A DNA stretch of 9,419 nucleotides, from NCBI GenBank assembly GCA_051294375.1, contig JBJCIZ010001414.1:1-9419 (forward strand), given 5' to 3'. Positions 7,759 to 9,419 of the stretch are shown piece by piece; the stretch's first letter is position 1; each line of letters opens with the position of its first letter. The translations under genes were made by a program, and so were the position numbers. The notes beneath the pieces are model-generated. The model searched no databases. It was not told the origin of the DNA and saw nothing but the letters and a program-made list of their open reading frames with translations. This DNA comes from Paraspadella gotoi (taxonomy: Eukaryota; Animalia; Chaetognatha).

Positions 7759-8372
7759 CAACATAACAGCATATACATCAGTCAATTAAAATAAAAGTAA
7801 ATAATATAACAATAAAAGTACAAAACTACATAGTTGACATTTTCAGTTTTACTCATCGATCCTGTTCATTTTTTAACGTTCCTCAATAGTTGAAGTGATA
7901 TGTTACTTATACTCTTGAGAAGTAAATAAAGTTTAAAAAAACTCAAGAAATATTTTTTTTTCATACCAGACACCTTCTATAAATCTGTTATCTTTCTCGA
8001 ACCACTAAATGGCACTCCCCCCAATCGCCACTGCAAAAAATCTTCCATCACACCATCCACACCTCCTACCCATCCACCTCTCTTCTCTTCTCCCTCCCTC
8101 TCCCTCACACAAACACAAATTCAGAGTGGAACTTTAAAATGTCCCCGCGAATACTGGTTTTCGAGCAAGAAATGTTACGACCTGATCTCGCGCGATTAAC
8201 TATTTTTACCTCTCCTTCGAAAATTCCATCTGCAGGGATTATCACTCGCCAAAGTTTTGGTCGATTTTGCAAAACACGAAGTAAAAAAAGCTTCATTTAG
8301 ATTCCTTCATAGATATTTAAATTTTTCAGAACGTTTTACTCTTTTTTCGGTAAATTTTTTTGACACGCAAAA

Positions 8373-8556
8373 CAGGGATGTGGAGCCGGAGCCGGAGCTG
8401 GAGCCGCCGGAGCCGAACTTTTTTTGCCTGAGCCGGAGCCGGAGCCAGAATTTTTATCTGGCCGGAGCGCGGAGCTGGAGCCGGAGCCAAAAAAATTTTT
8501 GACTGGAGCCGGAGCTGGAGCTGGAGCCGAAATAAATATGCCGGCTCCAGGCTCCA
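8373..8556 (+). mobile_element. hAT-like MITE or terminus with GGAGCC/GGAGCT subterminal hexamer repeats
   Basis: Starts CAGGGATGTGGAGCCGGAGCCGGAGC and holds many GGAGC(C/T) units in clusters separated by T/A runs. The repeat switches to the inverted form ccggctccaggctcca at 8541-8556. The expected closing ...CATCCCTG and an 8-bp TSD are absent. Explains the PEPE/APAP ORFs. Confidence 0.7.
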
Positions 8557-9210
8557 TAAAAAAAAATAGATTATAATTATTAAATTTAAAAAAATATTTA
8601 AAAAAAAAACATAATACTGATTTTATAAATTTATATAATACATATAATTTTATTATACATAAGATTAAGTAAATAATAATAATTCTTTTTTTTAATCTAT
8701 TAAATTTATTATAAATACTTATTTATGAAGTAAAATTTATCTGCTTTAATATGCTTGGCTTACTTTAATACAGCAACCATTTGCAGACTGATTAAAGGCA
8801 AAGCTTTTAAATAATATATTTTTAACAATAATAATAATAATAATAAAAATTATTTGCTTACAATTTTTTTTATATTATATACTTTTTATATAATTTTTGT
8901 TACATATGGTTGAAAGATATCTCATTTAAAAGAATAAAAAACTAAATTACTTTAATATTATACTTTTTATTTTTAACTTTTTAATTAATGAATTATAAAA
9001 CTTATCATATTAGTTTAGCTTCTTTCATAGTATATTAATATGCCTGAAAGGAATAACCATACTAAGGCATTCTATCAATCTTTTTATATTAAGGTCAGAC
9101 TAAGTGATAGACAAAAGCATTGGCCAAGTTTAGGGTTTGAAAAGAGACTGGCCAGGAATAATGGGGATATAATAAGCCTTTCCCATTCACCCTGAATGAA
9201 CCCCAATAAA

Positions 9211-9340
9211 AACCCTAACCTTAATTAATTTATTTTATTTACAATCTTACATCATTTACAGCAGGCCATTTTTTTAGCCCTAACCCTAACCTTTTATCTC
9301 ATGCCAAGCTAAAACCTTAACCCTAGTATTTTAACCCTAC
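9211..9340. repeat. Scattered telomere-like CCCTAA motifs (interstitial, probably transposon-borne)
   Basis: aaccctaaccttaa (9211-9224), gccctaaccctaacc (about 9277-9291), aaccttaaccctag and ttaaccctac, plus one opposite-strand ttagggtt near 9130. Not a continuous array. Confidence 0.5.
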
Positions 9341-9419
9341 AAGATGACACACAACAGCCAGCCGCTAAAAAAAATCATCATTTGCAAATTTATAAAAAAT
9401 TTTTTCATTTAAAACTTTT

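Noticed and set aside
6114-8080. Sola2 TIR pair GAGGTGGGTG (6114) / CATCCACCTC (8071-8080)
   Set aside because: Only 9 of 10 bp match, the right copy is inside low-complexity C-rich sequence, and the flanks (tgat vs tctt) give no TSD.
8105-8557. ORFs 8105..8296, 8257..8502 and 8336..8557 (PEPE, RSRS, APAP, GSGS repeats)
   Set aside because: The last two are translations of the GGAGCC hexamer repeat, and the first has no recognisable homology.

Overview
AT-rich (by eye roughly 70% AT), repeat-dominated eukaryotic DNA, most likely from an invertebrate animal. There is no operon, CRISPR array, rRNA or tRNA. Two protein homologies are recognisable by eye. (1) An isolated + strand exon (5871-6049) of a GT10 alpha-1,3/4-fucosyltransferase, ending at a GTAAGT donor and missed by the ORF track. 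(2) The C-terminal part of a probable Sola2-like DNA transposase on the - strand (7123-6496), broken only by a 1-nt shift in a homopolymer. The rest is a mosaic of non-autonomous transposon pieces and simple repeats: Helentron/DINE-1-like units with about 170-200 bp internal repeats, a GGAC microsatellite and a terminal hairpin; a Helitron-type hairpin+CTAG end; a hAT-like GGAGCC-repeat end; 19-20 bp and 21-23 bp minisatellites; CT-rich tracts; and CCCTAA motifs. Indel-rich divergence among repeat copies suggests old elements and/or a noisy long-read consensus. Most listed ORFs are spurious. I found no convincing novel biological system. The best leads are the orphan fucosyltransferase exon, the near-intact transposase tail, a decayed unknown ORF and a structured GC-rich island at about 3340-3507. 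Family assignments are from motif recall, not database searches.
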